This document shows, piece by piece, positions 46,911-58,500 of a stretch of DNA of 64,000 nt; position 1 is the first letter of the stretch; every line of letters begins with the position of its first letter. The notes beneath the pieces were generated by a model that did not search any database, had not been told where the DNA came from, and worked only from the letters and a program-made list of their open reading frames with translations. Both the position numbers and the translations under genes were made by a program. Origin of the DNA: Candidatus Magasanikiibacteriota bacterium (GTDB taxonomy: Bacteria > Patescibacteriota > Patescibacteriia > Magasanikbacterales > UBA922); NCBI GenBank assembly GCA_903837125.1, contig CAILTG010000055.1, positions 2,199-66,198 on the forward strand, in the 5' to 3' direction.

Positions 46911-49900
46911 TTACGGCCTTGTCCTACCACTTCTTCTAGGGGTACCACCACTCGGTGCCACCACTGGTACTGCTCCCGTACCAGCTGTTCCAGTAGTTGG
47001 TGCTGGAGTAGGAGTTGTCGGTTTTGGTGGTTTCTCTGTCGCGCTTTCTTGGGCTTGCGACAGCTTATTAGTTATTTCAGCAATATTTAAATCCAACACG
47101 CCTTTAGTTTTCTCTCTATGCTTTTCTATAAATTCAATAAGATCATAAACATCCTTAATCTCTTGCTCATCTCCATTTTCATCAGTATACGCATTATTGG
47201 CCATACCTCTTATGGCTGCGTTAAAACCACCTTTTAATGAAGACCGGGAACCTAGTACAGCCATAAAGGCTGGGCCGACTGCTGAAAGTGCAACTGCCAT
47301 ATTGTCGGCGGCATGTGCCAAAGTCAATTTCATTGCTTCTTTTTCTCTATCAACTGCACTCAATTTCTTATCTTTTAATGAATCAAAATATTTTTTATAA
47401 AGCTTTGATTTTTTACCGCCAATCACTGCTCTACCGCTAGCATTTATTTCCGCCTTTTCACCAGGCGTCAAAAAGCCAGCCAAAAGATCACCTTCACGGC
47501 CATGATGCCCTTCCATAATACGTTCAGTATTGGCGCCACTATATGACTCACGTAAGGTGTCAATATTTTTCATTTCCATTCTAAACGTGCCATCATCTTC
47601 ATCATATTGGCCATTACTATGACACATAATTCTTCTCATTCTTTCGTTCACAGGGATCTTGCGCCAATCTGCTGTAATAAACGCCAAGGCATTTTTGGCA
47701 GTCTGGCCTCTAAACATTCCTTCATCCATATCATAATAAGTATGCCCGCCATCATCTAAATGCCCATCTGCCAAAGCCAAATTTTTGGCATCAGCCAGCA
47801 TTTGATTGGCTTCAGTATGGCTTTTCATTTTTGTTTTAAATTTATCCATGGCCCCTGATGAGGATTTTGCACCAACCAAAAAAGTTCTAGCAAAAGAAGA
47901 TAATTCATTTTGAGCACGATCAGTTGTAAAACCTAATTTAGTAGCCAAACCTGCCAAAGGACCGATTAATTTACCAGTTAATGCATCTATAGAACTCTGC
48001 AATACTCCTCCGGTTAATTCCTGCCCTGCACCTACACCTAAAGCATCACGAACTTGATCGCCTAAATTAACGCCAGAAGCAGTATAGCCCATGCCAGTAC
48101 TATCCATATGACTTAACACTGCACTTTCACTTGTTAACAATTCAAGATCTCCAGCATTGCCTATTAACCTATGCAATTGATTGGTTCTTTCATTATCAGA
48201 CTTGTTATCATAAATCAATTTGCTCCCTTCCATATGACCCCAACCCAAGGTGTCCACAAATACTTTTTCCAACATTTGACCTCTTTCGGCTTCTTCACCG
48301 CGCAAACCACCAGCTTTGGAGGCTTTCACTTGATTACCAATTCTTCCCAATAAATCATCAGACCAGCCTTGTTTGGTTAAATAAGTAATACTCGCCATAA
48401 GCATGGCTTCTTGATCACGGCCTAAAGTTTCGCCTTTTTCTTTGGCGGTTAATAACTTGGTCATATCGCCAAACGCCATGCCCACAGCTTGTTCTCTTTC
48501 TATACCATTATAATCTTCCATTTTTTTCTTAATTAAAGATTTAAAAGCCGTGGCCGGTACATGGTGACCATATCTTTCAAAACTGTATTGATCATCGGCT
48601 TCGTCGGTTAATTCTTGCTTGGCAATGCCAGAATGTTCAGCATAATATTTTGATTCAATAGCGCTTCTAGCCTGAAGAGCACCAGCAGATTTACCCAAAG
48701 TTTTTCGAATATCTTCTAATCGGCGCAATTCTGCTTTTGACTGTGCCTGATTTACATTATTTTTTGTGGCAACAGCACCAGCCAATTTGCCTTTTTCCTC
48801 ATTAATTTGTTTAGCATTTTCTTCCTTAGCTTTTAAATCGGTTAAACCAGCACTAAAAATATGCTGTAAATCGGCTTGTTTTATTTTATCAATAAATTTA
48901 TCGGCAGCCTCGGTAAAAATTTTATAAACTTCTTCTTGTTCAAAAAACCCTCTCGGCCCAGCTAAGCCTAAGGCTTTTTCTTTCATTTGGGTTTCAGCAG
49001 ATTTAACACCAGCTTCTTCACTGGCTAATTCCAATTGTGACCTAATTTGTTGCGCCATGCCAGACTGTATTCCAGGCGATTTCTTGCCAGCAAATTTTGG
49101 AACCAATTCAGCTCTTAACGCAGAAATCTTTTGTGCAATTTGAGCTTCAGCCATTCCAGGGTTTTGTCTAATTAAAGCAGTGCGCAATCCTTGTTCGCCA
49201 TTTTCCACATAAACTTTTTTTAGATCTGCATCTTCTCTTCTTGCCTTAGCTGCAGCATACTCCGGCGATTTTTCGTCTGCTTCTAACTTTTTTCTGGCAG
49301 TCAATTTATCATCAACTTTTTTTAAATCTATTTTTTTTGCTGGAATAATAGGATCATTTTCTATGGCTAATGTAGCTCTTCCGCGTAAGTCGTCATTTGT
49401 TGTAGCATTTAATTCGTCTTCTTCTTTCATTTTAGCTTCGGCAATGGCTATTGCTTTTTCAGCATCAATCAAAACCCGTGGTTTTTCCACTTTTCCTGTT
49501 CCTTCTTCAACTGCTTTTAAAGCTGTAGTTGCTGCTGCCATTTCAGTTTCAATCCCTGCCCTTTTAGCCCCAGGTCTTTTCATCTCTTCTTCCAAAGCAT
49601 GTACTGCCCTACTTTTTGCTAAAATATCTTCTTTCCAGGCCTTATAACCGGAATTAGGATCAATCATAACGCCTTTTTTTACGGTTTCTGCCGCGGCGAT
49701 TTCATCTTGAATCGTTTTTCTTACACCAACATGTCTTTCTTTTTCTGTTTGTAAATCTGGTTCTACTACATCGTAATGCACTTTACTTAAAGCATCAATT
49801 TCAGTCGCCAAAGCACCTCTATTTCCTTCTAAGTTTTTAACTTCAGTTGATTTAGCATCTTCATCAATTTGTCCTTCAATTTCTTCTTTTTGTGCCAATT

Positions 49901-52532
49901 CATCTCTGCCTTCTTGTCTGTTTAGTCTTTTTCTTTTGTTAATTACAGTATCTTTTTCAATTTGTGCGGTTTTGGTAGTGGTTTCTGCAGCTGTTACTCT
50001 GGCCACCAAATCTTCACTAATTTTATAGTATTTAGTAGTGGCTGTATCCTTAGCCCCTTTTGCTTCCTGTTCACTCGCCTTCTTCTCCTCTTCTGCCTGA
50101 ATCACCCGAACATAAGGATTCACATTTGCCAACTGTGCTAATTCATAATGAGCTGCTTCTTTGGCCTGTGGAGTAGTGGCCTGATCAATTTTTAATCTTA
50201 CTTTTTCCAAAGCTTTTTTGGCCTCATCAAAATTAACTGTTAATTCAGCATTTTTTAGAGCTTCAACAATGGCTTTGGCGCCTGCTTCTTCTTGTTGGGC
50301 TGTGGCAATCCGCGCTACATATCCAGCACCAGAAGTTGTTTGACCCATAAAGGCCTTGGCTTTCTGGCTTTCGGCCTCATGTTCGGCTTTGGCAGCATCA
50401 AAATCCCACTTAATTTTCTGGCCTCTAATATTGGCGGCCAAACCTTCACGGTCGGCGCGAGATAAATTCATTGGCTTCCCATTTTTGTCTAACCTTACCG
50501 GAAGATCAACTTTATTTCTGGTAACATCCTGAGCTAATTGTTCAACCACATCACCTTCACGTTTAGCAAGCTTCTTACCCTCTGAAGTATTTACAGCGAA
50601 GTCGCTGTTACCAAGCCTGGCCCTGCCGGCATTCTCCTGTTTTAATAAATCATCCAAGGCTTCCTTCTTTTGGGATTCAGTCATTCCTGTATTATCTTCA
50701 ATAGCTTTTACTGCCAGTCTATTTTCCGCACTGCTATTCCGTAAAGCATTCACATCTGCCAATTCGCCATATTTTGCCCGATTGCCGCCTTGACCTAAAA
50801 AGCCTTTATAAGCCTCGGCTTTATCCGCGTTCAAATCCGTAAAACGCACTTCTAACAATGACAAAGCTTCTCTGTCAGCCTTGCCCTTCTCTGTCTCTTC
50901 TCTTCTTTGTTGTGAAATTTTACTTCTAGCCTCAACTTGATCATGAGCAGATTCAGCAGCATATTTATGTTCGCCAGAAGCTGCTGCGCCTCTGCCAAGC
51001 GCCACGCGGGCAATGCCACCTTTATCATAAGCCCACTGGCCAATTTGATCCCTATAGGTTAAATTTTCTCCACGACGCATGGTTTTTTTAGTATCTTCTG
51101 TTCGCAATTTATTTTCCTTTTCTGTATCTTCCAATATTTTCTCTCTCCTCAACCTGCCATAACTTCCGAGCAAAGGGAATTTACGCAAAACCGGAGTAGT
51201 GGCGCGCATGGTATTTATGCGCTTGCCCATAATTTTTGCCGTATCCGTAATAGGTGAAAAAAATCGTTTGGCTCCTCCCGCCAAGGCAGCCTTACCAAGA
51301 GAAGTAGCTTCACTCTTGACTTTTCCTCCCAAAAACCTAGCTGTAGCAAAACCAGTAGCAAAAGCCAAAACTCCTGTACCAATTTTTACTCCCTGAGAAA
51401 CCATACTACCACCTATCACACCCATTTCCTGAACTTTTTGCAGACCGACCAATAAAAAGGCCACGGCTATAAAAAAACTAGCCATGTTTTCCCAACTACT
51501 TACTTCCGCCAAAGTGGCAGCCTGTTTAAGTGGCCCTGTACCGCCTGTAGAATCACTAAAATTAGCATTTAAACCATATTTTGTTTCTGAAGCGGCATCC
51601 ATTTGAAAAGCCGTTGGCATACCTTTCTTCATATCAGTAGCCGCATCGCCCGCGCCCATGGTGGCAAAAGTAAGCCAGAGGAAAAAAACCATTACTGGTG
51701 CCACCAGCACATGTTTACCAAATTGTTTCCACCACTCCTGCGCATATTGCTGAGTTTGAGGAAGCACTTGAGCAATAAACGCTATAGGCGATAAAATTAT
51801 TAAAACCCACAGTACCACTACTCTAATCAACATCACCACCATATAAGTACCCATGGTTACCAAAGTTACCACAGCAAAAAAACAAGAAGCCGCCACTGCC
51901 ATAAATATTTGAGCCGTTATACTTCCTTCTGCACCTGTTAAGGTGCCACCAGCAGTGGCCATCTTCAACATGGCATCCATGTGAAATAGTGAAATAAGAT
52001 TACCACCAGCAGTGGCAGCTACAGCATTTAAAAAAGTAATAGTGAAAACATGTGCAATATCTATAACCAAACCACAAATTAAATTACTAAAATTAATAAA
52101 CACGGCTGCGAAGACAAACTTAACCAAAGTTTTTTTCCATTCATATTGTTCAATACCTAAAATTGTGCCAATGGCAATAGCCAACAAGACCACCACAAAA
52201 AACATATTAGCCACGTCACGCACCATGGCCCAACCAAGCAACACTACTGGCGAATCTATAAAGCCGTTATAACCAGCTGCTTGAATAAAAAATCTTAAAG
52301 CAAAAATCGCCAGCTGAATGCAGAGCTGAGCAATCCAAAGCATTAAAGCAATAGTGGCATCCACCAAATATTCAGCACCAGTACTTACTAATTCCACTGC
52401 TTTAACATTTGGCGCCAAAACCAACCAACCTAAAACCAACACTGCCGTCAACACCAAAGACCACTGCCAACCCTTTTTGGTTTGAGGGAGAAGAGTTTTG
52501 AATAATCTTTTAATTTTTACTTTAACACTCAT
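46911..52532 (-). CDS. Giant (1873 aa) VirB6/TrbL-like polytopic membrane protein with a ~1400-aa hydrophilic, coiled-coil-rich C-terminal extension ending in a Pro/Thr-rich basic tail
   Basis: The N-terminal ~420 aa contain a signal/TM segment plus at least 6 further TM helices in a VirB6/TrbL-like arrangement. The remainder is Ala/Lys/Glu-rich with many predicted coiled coils. The tail is PPKPTTPTPAPTTGTAGTGAVPVVAPSGGTPRRSGRTRP. Confidence 0.5.
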   Translation of the reverse strand: MSVKVKIKRLFKTLLPQTKKGWQWSLVLTAVLVLGWLVLAPNVKAVELVSTGAEYLVDATIALMLWIAQLCIQLAIFALRFFIQAAGYNGFIDSPVVLLGWAMVRDVANMFFVVVLLAIAIGTILGIEQYEWKKTLVKFVFAAVFINFSNLICGLVIDIAHVFTITFLNAVAATAGGNLISLFHMDAMLKMATAGGTLTGAEGSITAQIFMAVAASCFFAVVTLVTMGTYMVVMLIRVVVLWVLIILSPIAFIAQVLPQTQQYAQEWWKQFGKHVLVAPVMVFFLWLTFATMGAGDAATDMKKGMPTAFQMDAASETKYGLNANFSDSTGGTGPLKQAATLAEVSSWENMASFFIAVAFLLVGLQKVQEMGVIGGSMVSQGVKIGTGVLAFATGFATARFLGGKVKSEATSLGKAALAGGAKRFFSPITDTAKIMGKRINTMRATTPVLRKFPLLGSYGRLRREKILEDTEKENKLRTEDTKKTMRRGENLTYRDQIGQWAYDKGGIARVALGRGAAASGEHKYAAESAHDQVEARSKISQQRREETEKGKADREALSLLEVRFTDLNADKAEAYKGFLGQGGNRAKYGELADVNALRNSSAENRLAVKAIEDNTGMTESQKKEALDDLLKQENAGRARLGNSDFAVNTSEGKKLAKREGDVVEQLAQDVTRNKVDLPVRLDKNGKPMNLSRADREGLAANIRGQKIKWDFDAAKAEHEAESQKAKAFMGQTTSGAGYVARIATAQQEEAGAKAIVEALKNAELTVNFDEAKKALEKVRLKIDQATTPQAKEAAHYELAQLANVNPYVRVIQAEEEKKASEQEAKGAKDTATTKYYKISEDLVARVTAAETTTKTAQIEKDTVINKRKRLNRQEGRDELAQKEEIEGQIDEDAKSTEVKNLEGNRGALATEIDALSKVHYDVVEPDLQTEKERHVGVRKTIQDEIAAAETVKKGVMIDPNSGYKAWKEDILAKSRAVHALEEEMKRPGAKRAGIETEMAAATTALKAVEEGTGKVEKPRVLIDAEKAIAIAEAKMKEEDELNATTNDDLRGRATLAIENDPIIPAKKIDLKKVDDKLTARKKLEADEKSPEYAAAKARREDADLKKVYVENGEQGLRTALIRQNPGMAEAQIAQKISALRAELVPKFAGKKSPGIQSGMAQQIRSQLELASEEAGVKSAETQMKEKALGLAGPRGFFEQEEVYKIFTEAADKFIDKIKQADLQHIFSAGLTDLKAKEENAKQINEEKGKLAGAVATKNNVNQAQSKAELRRLEDIRKTLGKSAGALQARSAIESKYYAEHSGIAKQELTDEADDQYSFERYGHHVPATAFKSLIKKKMEDYNGIEREQAVGMAFGDMTKLLTAKEKGETLGRDQEAMLMASITYLTKQGWSDDLLGRIGNQVKASKAGGLRGEEAERGQMLEKVFVDTLGWGHMEGSKLIYDNKSDNERTNQLHRLIGNAGDLELLTSESAVLSHMDSTGMGYTASGVNLGDQVRDALGVGAGQELTGGVLQSSIDALTGKLIGPLAGLATKLGFTTDRAQNELSSFARTFLVGAKSSSGAMDKFKTKMKSHTEANQMLADAKNLALADGHLDDGGHTYYDMDEGMFRGQTAKNALAFITADWRKIPVNERMRRIMCHSNGQYDEDDGTFRMEMKNIDTLRESYSGANTERIMEGHHGREGDLLAGFLTPGEKAEINASGRAVIGGKKSKLYKKYFDSLKDKKLSAVDREKEAMKLTLAHAADNMAVALSAVGPAFMAVLGSRSSLKGGFNAAIRGMANNAYTDENGDEQEIKDVYDLIEFIEKHREKTKGVLDLNIAEITNKLSQAQESATEKPPKPTTPTPAPTTGTAGTGAVPVVAPSGGTPRRSGRTRP

Positions 52533-52580
52533 GCTATTTATTATCTGCTATTTGTTAATTATTATTTGCATTATACCACA

Positions 52581-55500
52581 CTATTTCTTCTTCTCATTTG
52601 GTATCACAATAATCTTTGATTGAAAATAAGTCCAGGCGTTAATTTTTGTTGGATCACAATTTTTACTACTATCATCGCCATAACAGCCTTTAGGATCATT
52701 ACAATTACACCAACCCCAGTTGTCCATTAGTTGAACTTTGGGTTGAAAAACACACACCATAATCGCTGAAGGACTTTTTTCCCGTATGATCTTTTTCTGA
52801 TCCTCATCTAAACTATTAACAGGGGTGGTAGCAGTTTGATTATCACAAGCATAACCATGTTCAATTTTGAAATAATTTGCTCGGCAAGTGCGCATAATAT
52901 CACCAAAACTCTGGAGAGTATCATTAGGTAAACGACCACAAGTCGCAGCTGCGTCTATCCCCAAGCAATCTGAATTATCATTACAAGTTATTTGTTTGTC
53001 TTTATTACCAACCAAGCAGTGTTTTACCGTAAAATTACCACCATCATCATTTGATTCACAAATTGGCTTATTATTAAAGTAATAACCACTAATTCCTTGA
53101 CCATAAATTGGCAGATCATCACCCCAATCTATCATTAGTCTACGTAAAGGCATGCGGTTTTCATCAGCAAAACCATAAAATTCCACCATGGCGTTATAAG
53201 TGCCTATTCCTACTAAATTATCCGCATCAGTTAAGCCATTTTTATTTAAATCCTCTTCAAAAACATTGGTATCACCAGCATAATGAGCCCCAGGTAAACC
53301 ATTATTTTTATTTACTGTAAAAGTATTCGGCATCCAAGGAGTACATTTAACGGCCACCCCAGAAGTATTACTACTAGGTAAACAATTAACTAAATTAAGT
53401 GAATAAATTTGCGGCGGTAAAAGCTTGGCGAAAACACCAGAATTACTAGCAGCAACATCCACATCGCCACCACTGACAAGCTTTAATGTATTATCATTAC
53501 GTTTAACCACATAATATTCTTTAGCAAATAACTGGTGAAGTATTTCTCGGCCGTTAACACCGTTTAGAGTACCAAGGCCGGTGATTACATTATAGTAAGG
53601 ACTGGCAGTATTATCAGCCGCACTGGTAACTGTTTGGCCGTTAGCATCTAATATTGGAACCATTAAACCGGAACAACCTAAATAATAACTTGCTGCCACG
53701 TTAATTAAGCTGTCAGTTGCCCATAAAATTTGACTGCAAACAAATGGATAACCTGCTGCTGCCGGATCCATAAAATTATAATCAATAATTGAATCCTGGT
53801 TATGTACTAAATCAGAACCCTTCAAACTTAAATTACCAAACGGACGGCTGACACTGGTGTTATTTAACAATGTAGTAGTGGCAGCACCAGCTAATTTTAA
53901 AGTCAAAACATCTGCAGCATTTTTCCACACTCTATTAGTCCAGGCTTTGTTGGAAACAGGAATGCCAGAATAACTAATTGGTTGGTTTTCATTATAAACT
54001 TGCACATATTCTGTACAACGAGGATACAAATCGGCGATTACGCCGAGGTAAGGGTAAAGAACATGATTAAGCGCGTGGAGATTATTATTTGTAAGACTAT
54101 TAACAGGATTAGAAAACGTTCCACCTTCGCTTCTGGAAAATAGAGCTTTACCTCTATTCATTTTAGCTAAAGCAATAAAATTATTATTAAGCTTGGCACT
54201 CCAACCACTGTTGAAGTAGGAAGGATTGCTACAACCAAAACCCGCATAACAATTAAAAGCAATATTATCATATACCTGGTCTTTGTAACCACTCTCAAAA
54301 GTTGAAAGATCTAAATTATTATCTGAATCAAATTTGAATAAAGTGGCGCGATAAAAACCGTTAAGACTCCCCTCATACGCAGATGCAGTCTGTACACCAC
54401 AGTCTTTGCCAGGGTCAAGTCCGCTAGGTAGATTATTATATTTATTGGCAGTATCCACCGCTAATCCTGAATCTGTAGATTCTATATTTGGACATTCCAA
54501 TTCATTACTAATAATACTACCAAATCTATCTGAATTTATTGAACTTGGATTACCTTCATATTGGTCGTTATCATCAACCACTACACCAATCACCAAATGA
54601 TTATCATTCTTATTTTTTGCATAAAATGCCACAGCAGTAACGTTCCTTGGAGTTTCTGGAGTGGTGTGTATATTTAAATGAGCTGAACTAAAATCTAAAA
54701 GAAAAGTATAAGTAACATAACTCCAATTTGGAGAACGACGGTCAATACTATTTGGTTCAGGAGGGTTTAAATAAAGTGAACGCAAACGATCCACATCAAT
54801 TTTTACATTATCTATTAGAGCAAAACTTCTATCACTACCAGTAAAGCGTGTACCCTTATAAGAATAGGGAGCCAAATATAATGCCTTAAGATCTTTTTCA
54901 TTAACTTTTTTTGTAGCAACATACGGCTTTGAAGCTACCCCAGTAAAATCATTAAAATAAGAATCACCAAAGCCCATTAAATTAGTAGGGGCACAACTAC
55001 CACTACTACTACAGGTTACAGTCTCTTTCTCACTCCACTTCACTGGATCATGCGCCAACAGCACTTGAGCCGTGGGGCTAATTTTTAGCCAGGAGTAGGT
55101 TTGGAGGTAGGTGTAGAAAGTATTACTTTTGTCGCTAGAGTTGACTTTCTTTGAAAAAGAATCAGCACTTAGATTATTATTACACCAACCCAAAACAGAT
55201 TTTGTATAATCCTCTTGGGGATCACCATATTGAAAAGTACTCGTGTCATTACAAATTTGCTCTGTAAATGGGTTAATCATCCAAAAAAAGTTATCTTTAT
55301 CAAACATCGAAATAAAATGACCTTTAGTATTTTTATCAGTACAATCAAGTGCAGAATTGACATTTGAATCCTGAAAAATTGAAGGAACAAAACACTTATT
55401 CAAATAATCATAAGCCAAATTAGCATAAGCTTCCACTTCTGGAGATGGGTCATTTAAAAAATTTGCTTTAGGATCAAAAGAGTTTTTTTTGCTAAATTCC

Positions 55501-58500
55501 TCTGACCATTCCTTATTAGGATCATATTTTGAAGGATCAAAAGCACGTAAACTTCGCTGTGTTCTAAAAGCTAAATATTGAACAAAAGCATTATCAGCTG
55601 GTTCAAAAAAATGGTTCGGCTGTCCAAAACATTCTGTCTTTATATTTTCCACCCATTCATAACACACACCAGGAGTACCAGTATATGCTAAACAAGTTAT
55701 GTACTGTTGTCTTACAGGAATAGGTTCAACCTTGCACCATTCAAACCGCCCCGCTACTGATGAATTATTATCATATTTAGAAGGATTTTCTCTTGGTGGA
55801 AAATAACTCTCTATCAAACCATTCCCTTTTCCATCCTTTTCCATTTTCTGATTAATATCAGAAAAATTTTCATATATTGGTGTAAGTAATCCATATAGGT
55901 TTACCATTCCAAAATTTTTCCAATAACTCTTTTCATAACTGAGCGGCGCCGTAGAATTGGTGCAGTATACTTCTCCAATACTAGGATTGGCATCTATACC
56001 AGTAGTATAGCCAAGATTGGGATTGCCATTTATATTGTCGGCAGTACCGCCAGCTAAATCTAGTGGAAGCCAGGTGAGACAAGGAAAAATTATTTTGCCA
56101 GTGCTGTCTGTGCCCAACGGATGGCTTAGATCATTTTCTAAACAATAACCAGTTGTTCCTTTATATTTATCTATGGAAGACTCTTGCGCGCAAACACCAT
56201 TGGTATTATCACCACTATTACAGTCAGTATCTACTAAACAAGCAAAACCATCTTTATTTCCACCAGTACAAATACCCTGAGGCCTTACATCAAAAGGATT
56301 TTTTAAAGTTGAATTATCAGGCCAGTAATCAGGCAATACTCCTTTGTAATTAATTTTTTCATATTGGCAAGAACAGTCTACATTGGCTTGACAAACATTT
56401 ACTCCTTTATAATCATTTTTTATATTAGTAAATTCTGCGCGCCAACCCCCCTTATCTGGTGTATTCTTAAACCATTTTTTTCCATTTTCTACGCCATTTT
56501 TAGCATCATTAACTTTGGAATCTACCACCAAAGATTCAGGAAAAGGTGAAGTGGCTTCAGGATGAGATTTACAAATACTCTTGGACCAAGCAGAACTAAC
56601 CACCGCTTTTTCAACACCAGTATTTATATCAACTATACCAACATCAGCAAATGGACCATCTAATGGATAAATACAACTTCCGTTATAACAACGGCCGCCG
56701 TTATCTATGCCACAAATACCTTTAATAGAATTACCTGAACTATCTATACAATTGGCATTATTGGAATCTGAATGAACTAAATAAAGTTTATTACTTGAAG
56801 GAAAACTAACTGCCCGATCAGTTGCCAAATTATAGCGATTCAACAGCGAATAACCAGAATAATCTGGTTCAGCCCAGCCCACCGCGCGCCCTACATAAAA
56901 GGCTTCATCCAACAAATTATTATTTGTGGTGGGGAGAAAATTATTGCAATAACCGTCTGGGGTAGTTTGATTGCACAAACCAAAATCTGAACAATATTTA
57001 ATGGTTTTACCAGTTTCGGTTTGCAAATCAAAAGAAGTACGGCAAGACAGCCATTCAGAACATTCACGATCACGCCTTACTTTTAACAATAAATTAGTGT
57101 CAAGCTGGCCAGTGGTTACCGGAGGAACTGGTAAAAACCGCTCTGGCTTGGTAGCGGCCGAGTTGGCATAAGTAGCCCCACTATTATAAATTTTATTGGG
57201 ATCCTCAGTGCGGTTAAACAAAACGCAGCCCCTAGTTTCGCCCACTTTATTATTACAACCATTTATTTGATCTGACGCTTGGTCTACTAAATCTTGGCTA
57301 TAAATTACATAGTAAGGCTTACCAGTGGGATCTTGTGCAGAAGTAGCCACCGTGTCCAAGAGCTCGGTACAAGCATTATTGGCTTCGTCACATTCCCCTA
57401 CATTGCCTTTATAACTACTAGTATTACCATTAGACCAAATACCGTTTTCAATATTATTTTGCAAATAATTATCATAACAAGGAACCGGATTTGTTTTCTG
57501 ACAAGAATTCCCTTGGCCACAGTCATCATCAACGCGACATAATTGGGCAGAACCAGAACTGCAATAGCCTATATCTTTCTTAAACCAACCATAAGCTTGT
57601 GTTGGATTAATTGGATCATGTTGTTTGTAATAGCAAAGACTGTTGCCGGTTTGTAAAGGATCTTTGAAATAAAAAGTATTGGCTCCATAAGTATAACCGC
57701 TGCAACCAAGCAAACCACTGCGGCATAAAGTTCCTTTAATTCCAGTAGTATCATTGGTTAAATAATTAGCCGGATTATTTTTATAATACACGTCAGAAAA
57801 TTGATAAGAAGTGGTATCAGAATTCGGCAAAATATGATTTTCCTGACCAAATTTTTGACAACCCAATTCAGCTTGCGTGCAAGTGAGTGGTGTACTGCTG
57901 GCTAAATTATAAGTGGTTAAGAAAATTGGTGTATGATCAGAAGTATCTGCGGGAATAACTATGGTGGAAGTAACTACATATAATTCACCAGTATCGGTTG
58001 AAGTGGTTGGCTCGGTGTGACCACCAGAATGAAATGAATTAAAATGTATAATACCCTTGGTGTGATCAAAAGCAGGATTGATAGTATAATAATCTGGAAC
58101 ACTCACTGGAGCTTGTGTGTAACCAGTAGGACTTACTAAACCCTGGACAAAACAACGATCTTCTCCAGGTAAAACTGTACAACCATAGGTTCCATTATCA
58201 CCCACAGTAAATGAACACTTGGGAGTTGTAGAAGTAAGCCTGCATTCAGCATTATAAAGCTGTATTTGTTGATCTAGTGGATTACCAGAAATACGGTTAT
58301 GCGAATCATAAACCGCGGTACAACCCACTGCCTCAGGCCGACACATTTTAGCAAAACCAGTTAAATTTGCTTCAACATTCTGTTTATTAATAGCAGAATT
58401 TACCACATCAATATAAGCTTTACAACCCAAAGCCTTGCCTGGATAAGGAGTTTTAGCATTACCTAAATCTTCATCAGTGGTGCCAAAACAAGCGCCCGGA

